From: the human T2T-CHM13v2.0 reference genome, Homo sapiens
Direction: 5' to 3' (one strand)
Length of the DNA stretch: 64,000 nucleotides
Assembly (NCBI RefSeq): GCF_009914755.1
Contig: NC_060932.1
The notes below the pieces were generated by a model. It saw only the letters and a program-made list of their open reading frames with translations. It did no database searches and was not told where the DNA came from. This document shows, piece after piece, positions 13,181 to 25,924 of the stretch. Position numbers and translations under genes: made by a program. How positions within the stretch are numbered: position 1 is the first letter of the stretch; the number at the start of each line of letters is the position of its first letter.

Positions 13181-13787
13181 CTTAGTCAGTGTGCCCCCTG
13201 GAAAAAGATGGAACAGCCACAGTGAGGAACTAAGCAAAGTTTCATAAATGAATATTTTAGAAACTGTGGGCAGAATATAAAGAAACCATCGAGAGATATT
13301 TTAGCTAGCAAGAGTGTTAGATGGATATACCTAGAATATGTATACAAACTACCTTGTGTTGGAGAGAGTTCTAAGTAATGAATTTTACAGTTCAGTGTAT
13401 CTTTTTCCTCTATTCAGTCAACATTTTCACCCAGCCATGAGAAGTGATAGGCTTCCCATACCTCATTCTGAAATGGTCAGCATGGGGAGCAGTTATCTAA
13501 TTCCGTGATGAGTAGATGTATTGAGAGGACCTTCTGACAAGAACTGCTGTCTCTACCAGAGCGATGCCATCTGACAGTGACCTTGCAAGAAGGGAGTCTG
13601 TAAAGGAAAAACGTAACCTCCTTTTCCTCCTACCCTCTCATCTGCCAGAACTTTCCATTGACTGAACCGAAACTGAAGATGATGCTGACAGGAGGGAGAT
13701 CCAGTCTCCACAGGTCAGCTTCCAATGACCCCAGAGGAAAAGTCTAGAAGGGAGATTTGGTGCAACAAACCCAAAAGACCCAGCACA
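13181..13787 (-). mobile_element. LTR33-type 5' LTR of the minus-strand ERVL, containing a foreign insert at about 13313-13478
   Basis: ttagtcag...aaagatgg..., gctagcaa|insert|cagcatggggagcagtta, ccattgactgaaccgaaactgaag, end cccagcaca. Confidence 0.75.
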
Positions 13788-14194
13788 GATACCAGTTAAA
13801 GAGGAGAAAAATTAAAGCTAATTCTAACATATTGATCATTTTCTTCCAAATTCATACTGGATTTCTTCCTCTTTCTATGGATCCAATCGTGTTGAACATT
13901 AGGAGGTGACTTCATACTTCTGTGTCTAAGAAAGTCAATTCTTCTTCTACCTCCAAATATTTTAGACATCCAAATCAGGGGACTGATGTTTTTTAAAATT
14001 TAGAAGTAAACATTTTTGACTCTCTCTAAATCTTTTCTGATATCATATTTAGTGACCTACATTTCTAAAATAATGCTAATATGTAAAGCACATCCTCGCT
14101 TAACATACTTTTTTTTTACCTAAATATATGAGGAAGAAAAAGAAAGGGTATAATTTGATAGGAACACTAGGTGACATTTTCTGCCTAGAAAATA

Positions 14195-14700
14195 ATTTCA
14201 TACACCTGAGATCAATTTTAGACTTCACCCTTTCTTAGCTTTATTGATTTTGGATAACTTGTTTTTTTCAAGATGGAGTCTCACTCTCTCACTGACGCTG
14301 GAGTGCAGTGTGATCTCGGCTCGCTTGCAACCTCCGCCTCCCAGGTTCAAGTGATTCTCCTGCCTCAGCCTCCCAAGTAGCTGGGACTACCGGCACATGC
14401 CACCACGCCTGGTTAATTTTTTGTATTTTTAGTAGAGATGAGGTTTCACCCTGTTAGCCAGGATGGTCTCAATCTCCTGACCTTATGATCCACCTGCCTG
14501 GGCCTCCCAAAGTGCTGGGATTACAGGCGTGAGCCACCGTGCCTGGCGATTTTGGGTAACTTTTCAGAAACCTCTCTGACTCTCAGTTTTCCTATCATTA
14601 AAAGGGGGTCTATAATAACTAACATGAATTTCAAAAAAGTTATTTCATGTAATGTAGACAATGCTCTTGGCACAGTTTCTGTTATTAGTCACTAAGTAAT
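14195..14700 (+). mobile_element. MIR, split by an Alu
   Basis: aacctctctgactctcagttttcctatcattaaaagggg...ataataac MIR core. Confidence 0.7.
14261..14547 (-). mobile_element. Alu (AluSc-like)
   Basis: Antisense Alu; 15-bp TSD gattttgg(a/g)taactt. Confidence 0.93.
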
Positions 14701-15477
14701 TGGAAAGGATTTTTAATAGAACAAAGAAAGTAATAAGAGAAAACATTGATTTAGATGTCTAAAAGATGAGTGAAGATCCATGAAGAAATTTAGAAATTCT
14801 CTAAATATTTTTAATAATTTTTTGAATTCTAAAAATATACAGATATTTACTTATATACCTGATATCTGAATAGAAATGGGTAACTACCAGCAGTGTGAAT
14901 ACACTGATGGTTCTTTTTCTTCTTTTTTTAGGTTTAGAGTTATCACCACATGCACACTCATTTCCTTGCCATAAGGAATTTAAACTCCTGGGAGCCAAAC
15001 AGTTGAGAAATGTGTGTGGTCCAATGTATTGGCTGCTCTGGAGCTTAACATAGTGAATTGAAAACATCAATAATTAATGGGATACAAAGATAGCAGCCTG
15101 GACTGCCTGTATTACAAAGCAGGGATACTACTAAAGCCATTTACATTTTGAATTTCAGCAGCTCCTAAAATCAGCTTATATGCAAAGCTCCTTACACTAA
15201 AATGAGCTTAATTTCTGATTGTAAACAGTTCTGCTGAACACCATAAATTTCAGGCTTCATGAGAATCCATTGTTTAATTCAGATTGGTTTAAGAAAAGCT
15301 ATAGTCACATTAAAATCTTACATGGTAGATTTACTACTTTTAACTTACACCAACAATTTTCTAGCGCAATTTTTTTACTGATATTTTTTTTTTCACCAGT
15401 GTGTAGAATGTTAAGGTGAAGGACTAGTTATTTCATGCATAAAACCAATTCCTTCTGCTTTTCATATACATTTTTCC

Positions 15478-15552
15478 TATTTGAAAGCAATACATGTGTA
15501 ATATTTCTCTATTTCGTATTTGAAAGCAATACATGTGTAATATTTCTCTATT
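15478..15552. repeat. Perfect tandem duplication, 39-bp period
   Basis: tatttgaaagcaatacatgtgtaatatttctctatt occurs twice; visible as repeated NREILHMYCFQI in the ORF track. Confidence 0.95.
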
Positions 15553-15649
15553 ACTTTTAAAGAACGTAAGTTTTAGAATTCCAACTCTCTTAATACTATC
15601 CAAACCTTTCCCTTCTAAAATGATTGGATATGCCAATATTTTGAAAATA

Positions 15650-16308
15650 TATGTAAGACAAATAATTGGCCGGTTTGGGCAATCATCATTCATTTTTCTT
15701 TTTCTTTTGGGTAACAGCTCTCAGATTTCTTTTTGGGTATTCACGTCTTTGTCATGCGGTCCATGTAACTCTGTGGAAGCTGGAGCTATCTACACTTCTA
15801 TCCTCCAAAGTAGTCACCATATCCCTTCAAGCTATTCATGTTTTTTTTTTGTTGTGTTTTGTTTTTGTTTTTGTTCAAGGATGGGCATATGGTGTCATTA
15901 AAGTCAATGAGATATGAGTAAAAATATATCATTTCTGTGAGGGCTTTTCGGGATCAAGCATTTCTTATTTTCAATAAGATTTCGTTGGAGAGAATCATTT
16001 CATTTACTGGAATTGAATGGGAAAGGCTATTGTTGTGGAAGCTGGCTGGCAGCCATTCTGTGACCATGAAGGTTTCCAGCATTAAAATGATGCAGACAGG
16101 ATGGAATATAGAGAAGGGAGATGGGTCAAATTGCAGTGTTTGAAGGCACGCATGCATGTCTGACTAAAGCACCCCCATCCCCAACTTCAAGGCATGTTCC
16201 AGCTTTGAGTATATGTACCACAAATTACCATTATTTTAAAGCTAGAATATATATGCCAGTTTATTATTTAGGTCTATAGCTTGCAATGGAGAGATTTCTA
16301 AACAATGA
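15650..16308 (+). mobile_element. MLT1K-like MaLR solo LTR
   Basis: gttcaaggatgggcatatg...caatgaga, gctggcagccattctgtgaccatgaagg, end cttgcaatggagagatttctaaac. Confidence 0.7.
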
Positions 16309-16479
16309 AAGCATTTTCACATTACAAAATACCTCTTTCCTCTATTTAATCAGTATTTCCACCCAGCTACAGTGTGACATTACAAACGCTCAGAGCATGT
16401 TGTAAACAGTTCTGCTGAACACATCTGCTGAACACTAACTTTTCCACTTTGGAAGTTTTTATAGAAATTGTCTTCCTTT

Positions 16480-16857
<378 letters not shown>

Positions 16858-16904
16858 CTATGGCTTCATCCCAAGGAACCCATAGCTGCCCTTCCCCCAA
16901 AAGC

Positions 16905-17349
16905 AGTGGCAGAGGGATTCCTACAAGGAATGCCCCAAATCGGTGGACGATGGAGCTGGTTGGGATTTCCAAGAAAGAGGGAAGAAACACCTGGGTGTTC
17001 AGGCCAAAGGATTCATTGAGGGGAAATTTGTTACCGAATGATGCAGCACAGCCTTAGGACGGATAGCAAGAGAAAGAAATGTTCTACCTAGGTATGTCCC
17101 CAGCCAGGAGGTCAGAGGATGAAATTTATATGAGGGTTTATGAAAATTTGGCTCAGGGCTGAAGCCAGTATCAGTGTTTTGAGCTACAACCTAGACAGAT
17201 TTACCAGTGCCTGGAAATGTTCAGGTCCCTGGTTTGGGTTCAAGTTCGCTGGGAAAAACTTGTAGCTGTCTGGGTCACACAGTGTTTTAGGCATTTCTTG
17301 ATTTTTCATTCAGGATCCAGAAAAAGCAGGGAACCTGGGAGACCCTACC
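16905..17349 (-). mobile_element. LTR47-like ERVL solo LTR
   Basis: Reverse complement begins gtagggtctcccaggttccc...ttgaacccaaaccaggg...ccctgagccaaatt...ccctcatataaa. Confidence 0.75.
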
Positions 17350-17547
17350 CTGTTTACTCAGAATTGCCAAATGGTATGAACAGAAATATGAAGCATATTT
17401 AATACATGTGGATAAAGAAATAACATCTAAATAATATATATAATTATTATAAAAGAATTATATATACACATTTGGAAAGTTATTTAAATTTATATTTCTT
17501 TTGATTTGGGTAAGATAAAAAAGATTATACCATTTTTTGATATTTAA

Positions 17548-17853
<306 letters not shown>

Positions 17854-19440
17854 GATATTTAAATTTTTGACAATACCATTTGTCATGAAATAATTAAGAT
17901 ACATTAAATAATTAAAACACACCCATAATCCAAAATTTACTTCTTATGCATGCAACAATCATTTGTTTTGTATTCATTCATTTATAACCTGGACATAAAA
18001 ATTATTTTTATAGCAGCATTTGTCATCATAATTAAATGGATCTTTAATACTTATTAGAAATTCTATGTTCCATTTCATTTGTTTAAAAAATCTACTTATT
18101 TCTGCTTAAAAAGAAGAAGTAATTTGCAAGTTTTGTTTATCCTCAATGATGACAACATCTAGATTTGAGTAATCTAATCAAAAGAAAATTTATCATTTTA
18201 TTCAATCTGAAAATATTCAGAAGAAAATATGATTCATTCAAAATGCCAAGTATTCAATAGGAAGAATTCACCTAGATATTTGATTCAAAGTTGAATCTAT
18301 TTATTATATGGATTTGTAAGATGTCTCTTTTGCTTAAATACTACTTTCATAACTGAAATGTGCCATTTATTTTTTCTCAGTAAATTTTATAATAGAATAA
18401 AATAAATGAGAGAAAAATCGAGGTTTTTATGGAGCTGTGTAATACTTGTATCTAAAAGCCAAAGAAGGCTGCTTGATGTGAAGAAAATGACAGAAATAGA
18501 GCAGTAATTTCAAGAATTATGTTTATAAAATATATTAAACAACAGTTGCTATGTCCTGATGTAAATGAAGAGCCACGTAATTTTTATCCATGCAATGCCT
18601 GTAAAATATGTTTACAGTCATGGAAACAATAATGGAAATCATAGAAACAAACGTAAGAAAGCAAGGGATACTTTTCTCATTGATAACACACTACAAGGTA
18701 GGTACAACTTGCTAGATGAATAAATGAAGAACAGAGATCTTAATGAATTTGACTGAGGTTACAACATTTAAAGTTGAAATTTAAAAAGTGGGTATTCAAA
18801 CTGAAATTCAGTATTCTTCATAACTAGATTTCATTTACTAATCATCAGCAAAATAATAATTCAACTATGTACTAATCGCTAGACTTTTATTTAAAAACTG
18901 TATTTTCTAAAGAGATGAATGGCCTTCATTTACTGGCAGTCATTCGTTTGACAAGAAAAGATAATTCAATGACAAATACAAAGCTCTTCAATTTGTATAT
19001 TTTAATCTGTTTCCATAAATTTCAAGGTTTAAGTTTCAGACTATTATACAAACATTCCGTTTGCCTATAAAATATACCTAAAAAGCTGGAACTTTTTGAA
19101 ATATAGCAACTACTGATGTTTGAGAAAATGGCACTTTTAAAAAAGTTAACATGCAAATCAGGCTGCAGAACAGTTTTCCCTCTTGCAAGTAAGTGTTTTC
19201 ACTTAAAGAGTCTTTAAAAACAACCTGTCAGAAAGCTGGAAGTGTTTTTCTTATTACTTTTTGAATAGACAATTTCTATCCAGCCACAAGTGTTTGAAAA
19301 TTCATTAATGAGCAAATTGTCTGTTAAACATTAAAATAGGGATACATAGAGTTTGTTATGAAAGATTTTTGTAATTAATTAGGTCCAAAGGACAGAGATA
19401 AGATTGTCGCTTCCTACAACTTTACTCTTAGTGAGTACAT

Positions 19441-19745
19441 AGTTGAAAATATCATAAATAAAAAATGCATTTAATGCGCCTAAGCTACCGAACATCGTAG
19501 TTTAGCTTAGCCCAACTTAAATGTGCTCAGAATAGTTACGGGAACCTATGGCTGGGCAAAATCATCTAACACAAAGGCTATTTTATAAAAAGTGTTGAGT
19601 ATCTCATATAATTTATTGAGTTCTGAAAGTAAAATGGTTGTATGGGTACTCAAAATCTCATTTCTACTGAATATGTATTGCTTTCGTACCATTGCGAAGT
19701 CAGAAGATCATAAGTCAAATATTCATAATTCAGAGATCATGTGTA
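19441..19745 (+). mobile_element. MER47A/Tigger5-family MITE, 5' TIR missing
   Basis: aaatgcatttaat...ctaccgaacatcgtagtttagc...gggcaaaatcatctaacacaaag...ttctactgaat. Confidence 0.8.
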
Positions 19746-19769
19746 CATTCTACTGTGTTTAGAAAACAT

Positions 19770-20330
19770 ATTTTATAATATTTCTATCTGTTTTATGACC
19801 CAGCATGCAGTCCTCTGAAAAAGGCTTCTGGTATAGTGAAGAGGAATGCACACTTTGCTGTTGTTTGGTGGAGTGTGCTATACACGTGTTTTAGATGTCG
19901 TTGGTTTATAGTGTTGTCCAAGGCTGCTTTTTCCTTGTTGATTTCTATTTCCATTCATTTTTGAAAGTGGGATATTTAATTTTGTGTTATTCTTTTTCAT
20001 GTTGAAGATTCATTTAGTCAAACTTACTCATTTTTTTCAGCTTTCGGAGTTTGTCTTTTTTTTCACATTCAAAAGGAATAGTGTTGATTTATCAAATGTA
20101 TTTGATTGAAAGGAGTGTGATTTGGCACCAGGCTTTTTAGTGGGTCTCAGAATTGCGTAAACATGATTTCTTGAAGAGTCCATTATCTCCCTATAGTTAT
20201 GAAATGCTTTTATTATATAATGAATATTCCGGTGTATTCGAATAAACTTTTTGACTTCATTCTGTAAAGCTATTTATTGTCTATGTATTCATGTGGCAAT
20301 CCACTCTCTTTATCACTGAGAGTGGATAAA
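19770..20330 (-). mobile_element. Old L1M fragments
   Basis: Antisense ORF2 endonuclease-type text (tgctgttgtttggtggagtg...gtgttgtccaag...tgaaagtggga) followed by a more diverged L1 piece. Confidence 0.55.
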
Positions 20331-21399
20331 TAATAAGAAAAATAAGTAAAAGAGCCTATTTTAATATCTAGAAAGCTTAGAAATGCTTCATTACTGTTTT
20401 GTGTAATCTAACAGAAATTCCTTAAATTTTTTCCCCAGAATTTTAATGTATTTTTTTTTGTGGGAATATAAAACATCTAGCCCTTATAAACTATCATTGT
20501 AGGCTAGATAATTTTCAGTGGTCAAGAATCTCATTAGTCTTCCATAGAGTTACTTATACTTGGTTTTGGTTTTGAATGTCTCTGAAACTATTTTAATTAT
20601 TTTAAAAATATTTCATTACCATCTTCTAAAATTGTATGTGAGTGGATTTTTTTTTCTACAAACCCTAAGAATTGATGAGATTTTTATCTGGATTTATATA
20701 TATTAAAATAAGAAATATGATTAAAATGAATGAAGGTGCTGGGAGCTGTTAGGACATTAATGGTTTAATATCCTGGAATTAGCAAAAATTGGAAAAATAG
20801 CTACAGAATTTCCAAAGCTGTAAAATTGGCAGATGTTTAAACAAGTTATAGCTAGATTAAGAACTGAAAAGGATTTCAGCAAATATTTGAAGGAAAATGA
20901 CAATGAGAAGACATATATTCCTTGAAAGTACACATTTTACAATATTTTACATAAGAAGCTACTGATATATTCTGAATCTCTTAGTTAAGTATATTAATCT
21001 CTAAAGTATGTGTTTAAGTACACCATTTTGTATAATCATTAGATTCTTTTTCTGTTTTGAGAAATAATTATTTAATAAAAATAATTCAAAATAAATGACA
21101 AAATTCTCACAACTACTCAAAAAATATTTGTCATTGTAAATGTTTATATTTTGCATTATATTTAACTTCAGACCACCATATATCCCTAAAAATATGGTTA
21201 GAAATAAAGGTTAAACAAAAGATAATGTTTTGTCCCACAGTTTCCTTGATACACCATTGGTAGCAGAATCTAATATGAGAAATTAGGAGCAGTAAAGCTC
21301 TTCATGTGATTTTAGAATGTGAGCACTGTAATGCCAAATAATGGCATATTTCACTTTTGAAATTTATACACTTTCATGAGCAGCTATCATGGGTATATT

Positions 21400-23370
21400 C
21401 TTACAATATGTTGTGTAGGTCAAGAGTAAGATATATTGAGTTTTCCTTTACTCTTTAAAGATATTTTTGCTAAAGATTCTGCATTGACAGTGTTTTTGTT
21501 GTTTGCTTGGTTGTTTTGTTTTGTTTTCCGTCAGTAGGTGAAAGCATTCTGCCACTTACTTCTGGCCTTCATGTTTTCTGATTATATAGTTAGTGGTATT
21601 TGAATTATTTCATGTAAGTAAAATGTCATTTCTTCTGTGCTACATGAAATATTTTTTCTTAGTTTTTTTTTTTTCAGAAGTTTGACTGTCGTGAATCTTG
21701 CCATAGATTTCTTTGGCTTCATCTTGTTTGGGTTTGTCCTGGCTTTTTGAATGTATAAGTTAATGTCTCTTGTAAAATTTGTGAAGTTTTCATATTTCAT
21801 CTCTGAGTACTTTTTGAGCCGTGCCTTTTCTCTCCTCTCCTCTCCGTATTTTAATTACACAGATGTTAGGTCTTTCTAATACTCTTACATCTCTCTAAGG
21901 TTTTTTTTTTTTTTCCTATTTTCTCTCTGTTTCTCAGCTTGAGTAACTTCTATCATTTTATCTTCAAGATCATGGATTATTCTCTTTCCTTCATTTTGTT
22001 ATTAAGCCCATTCAGTGAGTATTTTATTTTTGATATTACATTATTTATGCTCACGTTTTTATTTCATTCTTTATATCATTTATGTACTAAAACAAATTTC
22101 CTTGGATCCAAGTATATTCATAATCATGCACTGAAGCACTATTATGACACCTGCTTTAAAAGCCTATTAGAAAATAGTATCCTTGTAATTTTGGTGTCAG
22201 AGTATGTTGAGTGTCTGTTCTCATTCAGCTAGAGCTTTTATTCATTCTATGTATGATGAATGATTTTCCAACTGAACCTGGACATTTGAGGTATTATAAG
22301 ACTCTGGCTATTTAAATCTTGTGTTTAGCAGCTCTTGTCTGATGACACTGTAGTAGATAGTGGGTATGCATGTGTACCCTATTATTACTGTCAGATGAGC
22401 ATACAAGTACAAGTTTTTCACAGCCTCCACTCACATCTGAAATGAAGAGAAGATCCTTGTTACCACAGGTTGGGTGTAGCCTGACTAAATTTTGAAGTCA
22501 GGCTTTTTAGACCTCTGCTTTTTACTGAATATTTTCACACTTAAGCGATCTGGTCCACTCTTATAGTTCAAGCTCCCTATTAAACTTCAGGTGATACCAT
22601 CCTGCCTGGGAGCAAGGGTAGCTCTTTGTTATTATTCCGCATGTGGGGCCTCCACCAACACCACAGGGAAGGATATGGTCTCATTATTACTGAGTAGTGG
22701 CAAAAGTCTTGACTCTGGACGAGTCCTTACCTGATAAAACATTACAGAGAAAGTGGAGGAATAGCTTGTTACTGATGGTTGGGGTAAATGTACAGACATA
22801 CCTCCTGATATCCACTGACACCATGGAGGGAGGAGAGGTGTTACCATTTGGCAGGGATAAAATCTCTGGTTCCCTACTTACACATTTCTAATGCTACCCT
22901 GTCAGAGGGAAGACTTGAGTGTGTCTCAGTGCTACCTGGAAAAGATGGAAATGTATTCTTTTCATTCAAACTTTCCTTATCAGGATGAGGATGGTTTTTT
23001 CTGCAGTGGTATGCTGGGATAGAGTGATTATTGTCTAAAAGTTTTCTGTGTTTTTTAGTCTTTCTAGGTTGCCCTAATCCTAGTCCTTTGGCTAAATAAA
23101 GAAAGGAGGCTTTCTTAGCATTCTTTTTTCTGCTCTCATGGGAACTTAAGGATTGCCATCTTCTCCAGTATCCTTTCTGGATAGAAGAGGCAGAAAGAAA
23201 ATCCAGAGAACTCACCAACTTGTTCCTCAAGTCTGGAGTTTACTGGCACATGTGTTTTCTCTCCAACTTTCTGAGTCTTCTTATGCTTGTTTGATGTATA
23301 ATACCCAGGTTACCTAATGGTTGGAATAAGGAAAAATATCTCTGCTCCATCGTCCCAGAAGCAGAAATTC
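21400..23370 (-). mobile_element. Old L1M ORF1 plus 5' region fragment
   Basis: ORF 21582-21800 ENFTNFTRDINLYIQKARTNPNKMKPKKS matches L1 ORF1p; repeated cttgttactg... units of an L1M 5' UTR at 22.4-22.9 kb. Confidence 0.75.
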
Positions 23371-23719
23371 TCCCATTCGTTATCTTTCAAAGTTTGATTG
23401 AAATTCATATGGTTGTTGTTAGAAGATTAAAATAAACCGAATTAAATATTTATTATATTGACTCCTTGCCAATGATATTTATTGTGATAAATATCTCTAT
23501 ATCATTTCCTTCAGTGTTTGACACTAAAGGATGGCAAAATTTCACAGACCTATCTATTATTATTTCCAGCAAAAACTATTCATAGCCCTTTGGTCAAAGG
23601 CAACAGTACTCACCGTGAGGAACAGTTGGTAAATCTAAGGGAGGCTCTGCGTTGACTCACAGACCCTGTGCCATCTTGAACTTAGAAGTAGAGGTAATTG
23701 TGGCTATTTTACTAAAAAG

Positions 23720-24430
23720 CCACAATTCTCAATTCTCTTCTTGACATATTAGCAGCATTTGACACAGTTATTTTCTCTTTTTTATTGGTTCTGTCTCATC
23801 TTCCCCATGACTAAATTTTGAAGTCAGGTTTATAAACCTCTACACTTGACCAAACATGTTCATACTTAAGTGATCTGGTTCACCCTCATAGTTTTAAATA
23901 CAATCTATATGCTTATGGATTTTTATTTCCATTCAAGACCTCTTTTTTAAAAAATGCAGACTTTTATACTCTTGTGCCTATTCATAATCTTAGGTCACAT
24001 GTATCATAGCCACCCCAAAGTTATTATGACCTAATCTAAAATCTTGGTTCCATCTCTCGTCAATCTGAATAGCTGGTAGTCTTCCCCATCTCACTAAATG
24101 AAATTCTAAGAATTGCTTTGGAAAAAAAATCATGGACTAAAGCTTGATCCTTTCCTTTCTCTTATATTCTAATGTTATCCATCAGTAAATTCTGTTGGCT
24201 ATATAGATGATTATAGTCTGATCCATGGTTAGAATAGTAAACATATCCACATATCTACGTATGTTTACTACTACATATCTACATATGTTTACTACTCTAA
24301 CCATGGATCAAACTATTCTCATCGTTCACATTAATTATTACAATTGTCATTTAATTGAGCTTCCTGCTTTTGTTATTTACCTCTTAGAGGTCTCTGTTTC
24401 CAAACAGCAGACATCTTAAAAATGAATGCA
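23720..24430 (+). mobile_element. LINE-2 fragment
   Basis: agcagcatttgacacagtt; gtgatct...tcatagttttaaatacaatctatatgct; tcttccccatctca; atccatcagtaaattctgttggct. Confidence 0.8.
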
Positions 24431-25924
24431 TTACAATCACAGAATTGAAAAATGTATTTAAGATTAGATAATTTTCACTATTGGTTGGAACTAAATCTAT
24501 CTCTTTGTTTTAGTGTGTGTAGTCGCTGAGTGTCATTTTAAAATAAATAATGTAGGTTACTATAATTGCTAAAATTACCCTGAGAAAATTATGTATTGGA
24601 TTTTTTCATTAACATGAAGTGATAGTAAAATAGAATTACTCTGATTTTAAAAAAAGGAGGAGACAAAGGAAAATTTTGTTTTGATTTTAAAACAGGAGGA
24701 GATGAAGCAAAACATTTTTCAATAATTGTTATTTTTTATGTATGCCCTCTTTAAATAATCAGTTTAATTTTGGGAAGTTATGTTGCATAAATTGATACAT
24801 ATTAGGAATGTGATACATAGAATTTAAGCCCCTTAAGAGGATTAATTTTAAAAATGAGTCAAAAGTAATTTTTCTTTAGAGTAATAAACATTTCAGTTAC
24901 GTCTACAACTCTTCTTCAAAATGTTTATGTTAAATTTGTCATATATTATAGACACTTTTCCTAAGGTTTCACATATTTTTACTACTCAGATAAATCAGGA
25001 CACATATAAGTTTACTTTGTCCTTTTAACAAAGCCACAAAGTATAATGAGTGTTATGAATATATTTATTTAAAAATTTCTGTCTGCATGTTAAAGTCTTA
25101 AGCAAATTTTGAGTTAAAAAATATCTTCCAAATCACTCAGACTCCTGCTAAGGAAGGATGTGTACAGTAGCAATTAGGACAGTTAATCAGTTGGATTTGT
25201 CATCTAAAGGGGAAAAATCATTAACAAGACACTGGGTGGCCAGTGACAGATGAAATACTTAAGACTCGCAAAATTGTCAGCTCTCTCATTTAAAAGGAAA
25301 AGGTTGAGTCTTTCTCAATTTAAATTTTGATGTATGTCACTTTGCCAAAAAGCTATACACTGAACCCCTGTCACGCAGAAAGCTTGAAAATTTGGGTAAA
25401 AGTTAAGCAAGCGAGTTGTCCTAGTTAAGTCACCAATCTCTTCTGCTTACTGTCTTATCAGGGCCTCATTAGACTTCAGCAAGCATTACAGGTTCCCACA
25501 CACTAGAGGCAAGCCATTAAATACTTGCTGTTCATTTACAATTATCTGGGCACAGTGTCACGGAGTGGAAGGAGGGATCCTCTCCTCAAGGACTCTAGTG
25601 TCTAAAAGTGTCATTGGAAACTAACAACCACATGTTGAAAATGCCACAAAGTTAATAGTTCAATTCTACTAAATTCCTTACCTTCACAAAGTCAAGCATT
25701 TGCTTAAAAATAGCAGCTAATTATACTTATAATTTGAGTATCAACACTAATCTCACATAAAAAGTTACCAAAAATCACAGTTCAATTGACTTCAACTAGA
25801 CAAGTGTCTGGAAGATTTTTAGTAAAAGTGTTATGTGTATTATCTATTAATGTTAACTTCGTTATCTATCAAGATGCTAGGCTCATCAACACCAAGTCAT
25901 TGAATCAAATCCTCTTGTAAAAAT

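Noticed and set aside
24249-24705. Short tandem duplications (24-bp unit at 24249, about 40-bp unit at 24640; similar at 26160, 28620, 30627, 39520, 40445, 51305)
   Set aside because: Ordinary two-copy slippage duplications with no spacer structure; not CRISPR-like or minisatellite arrays.
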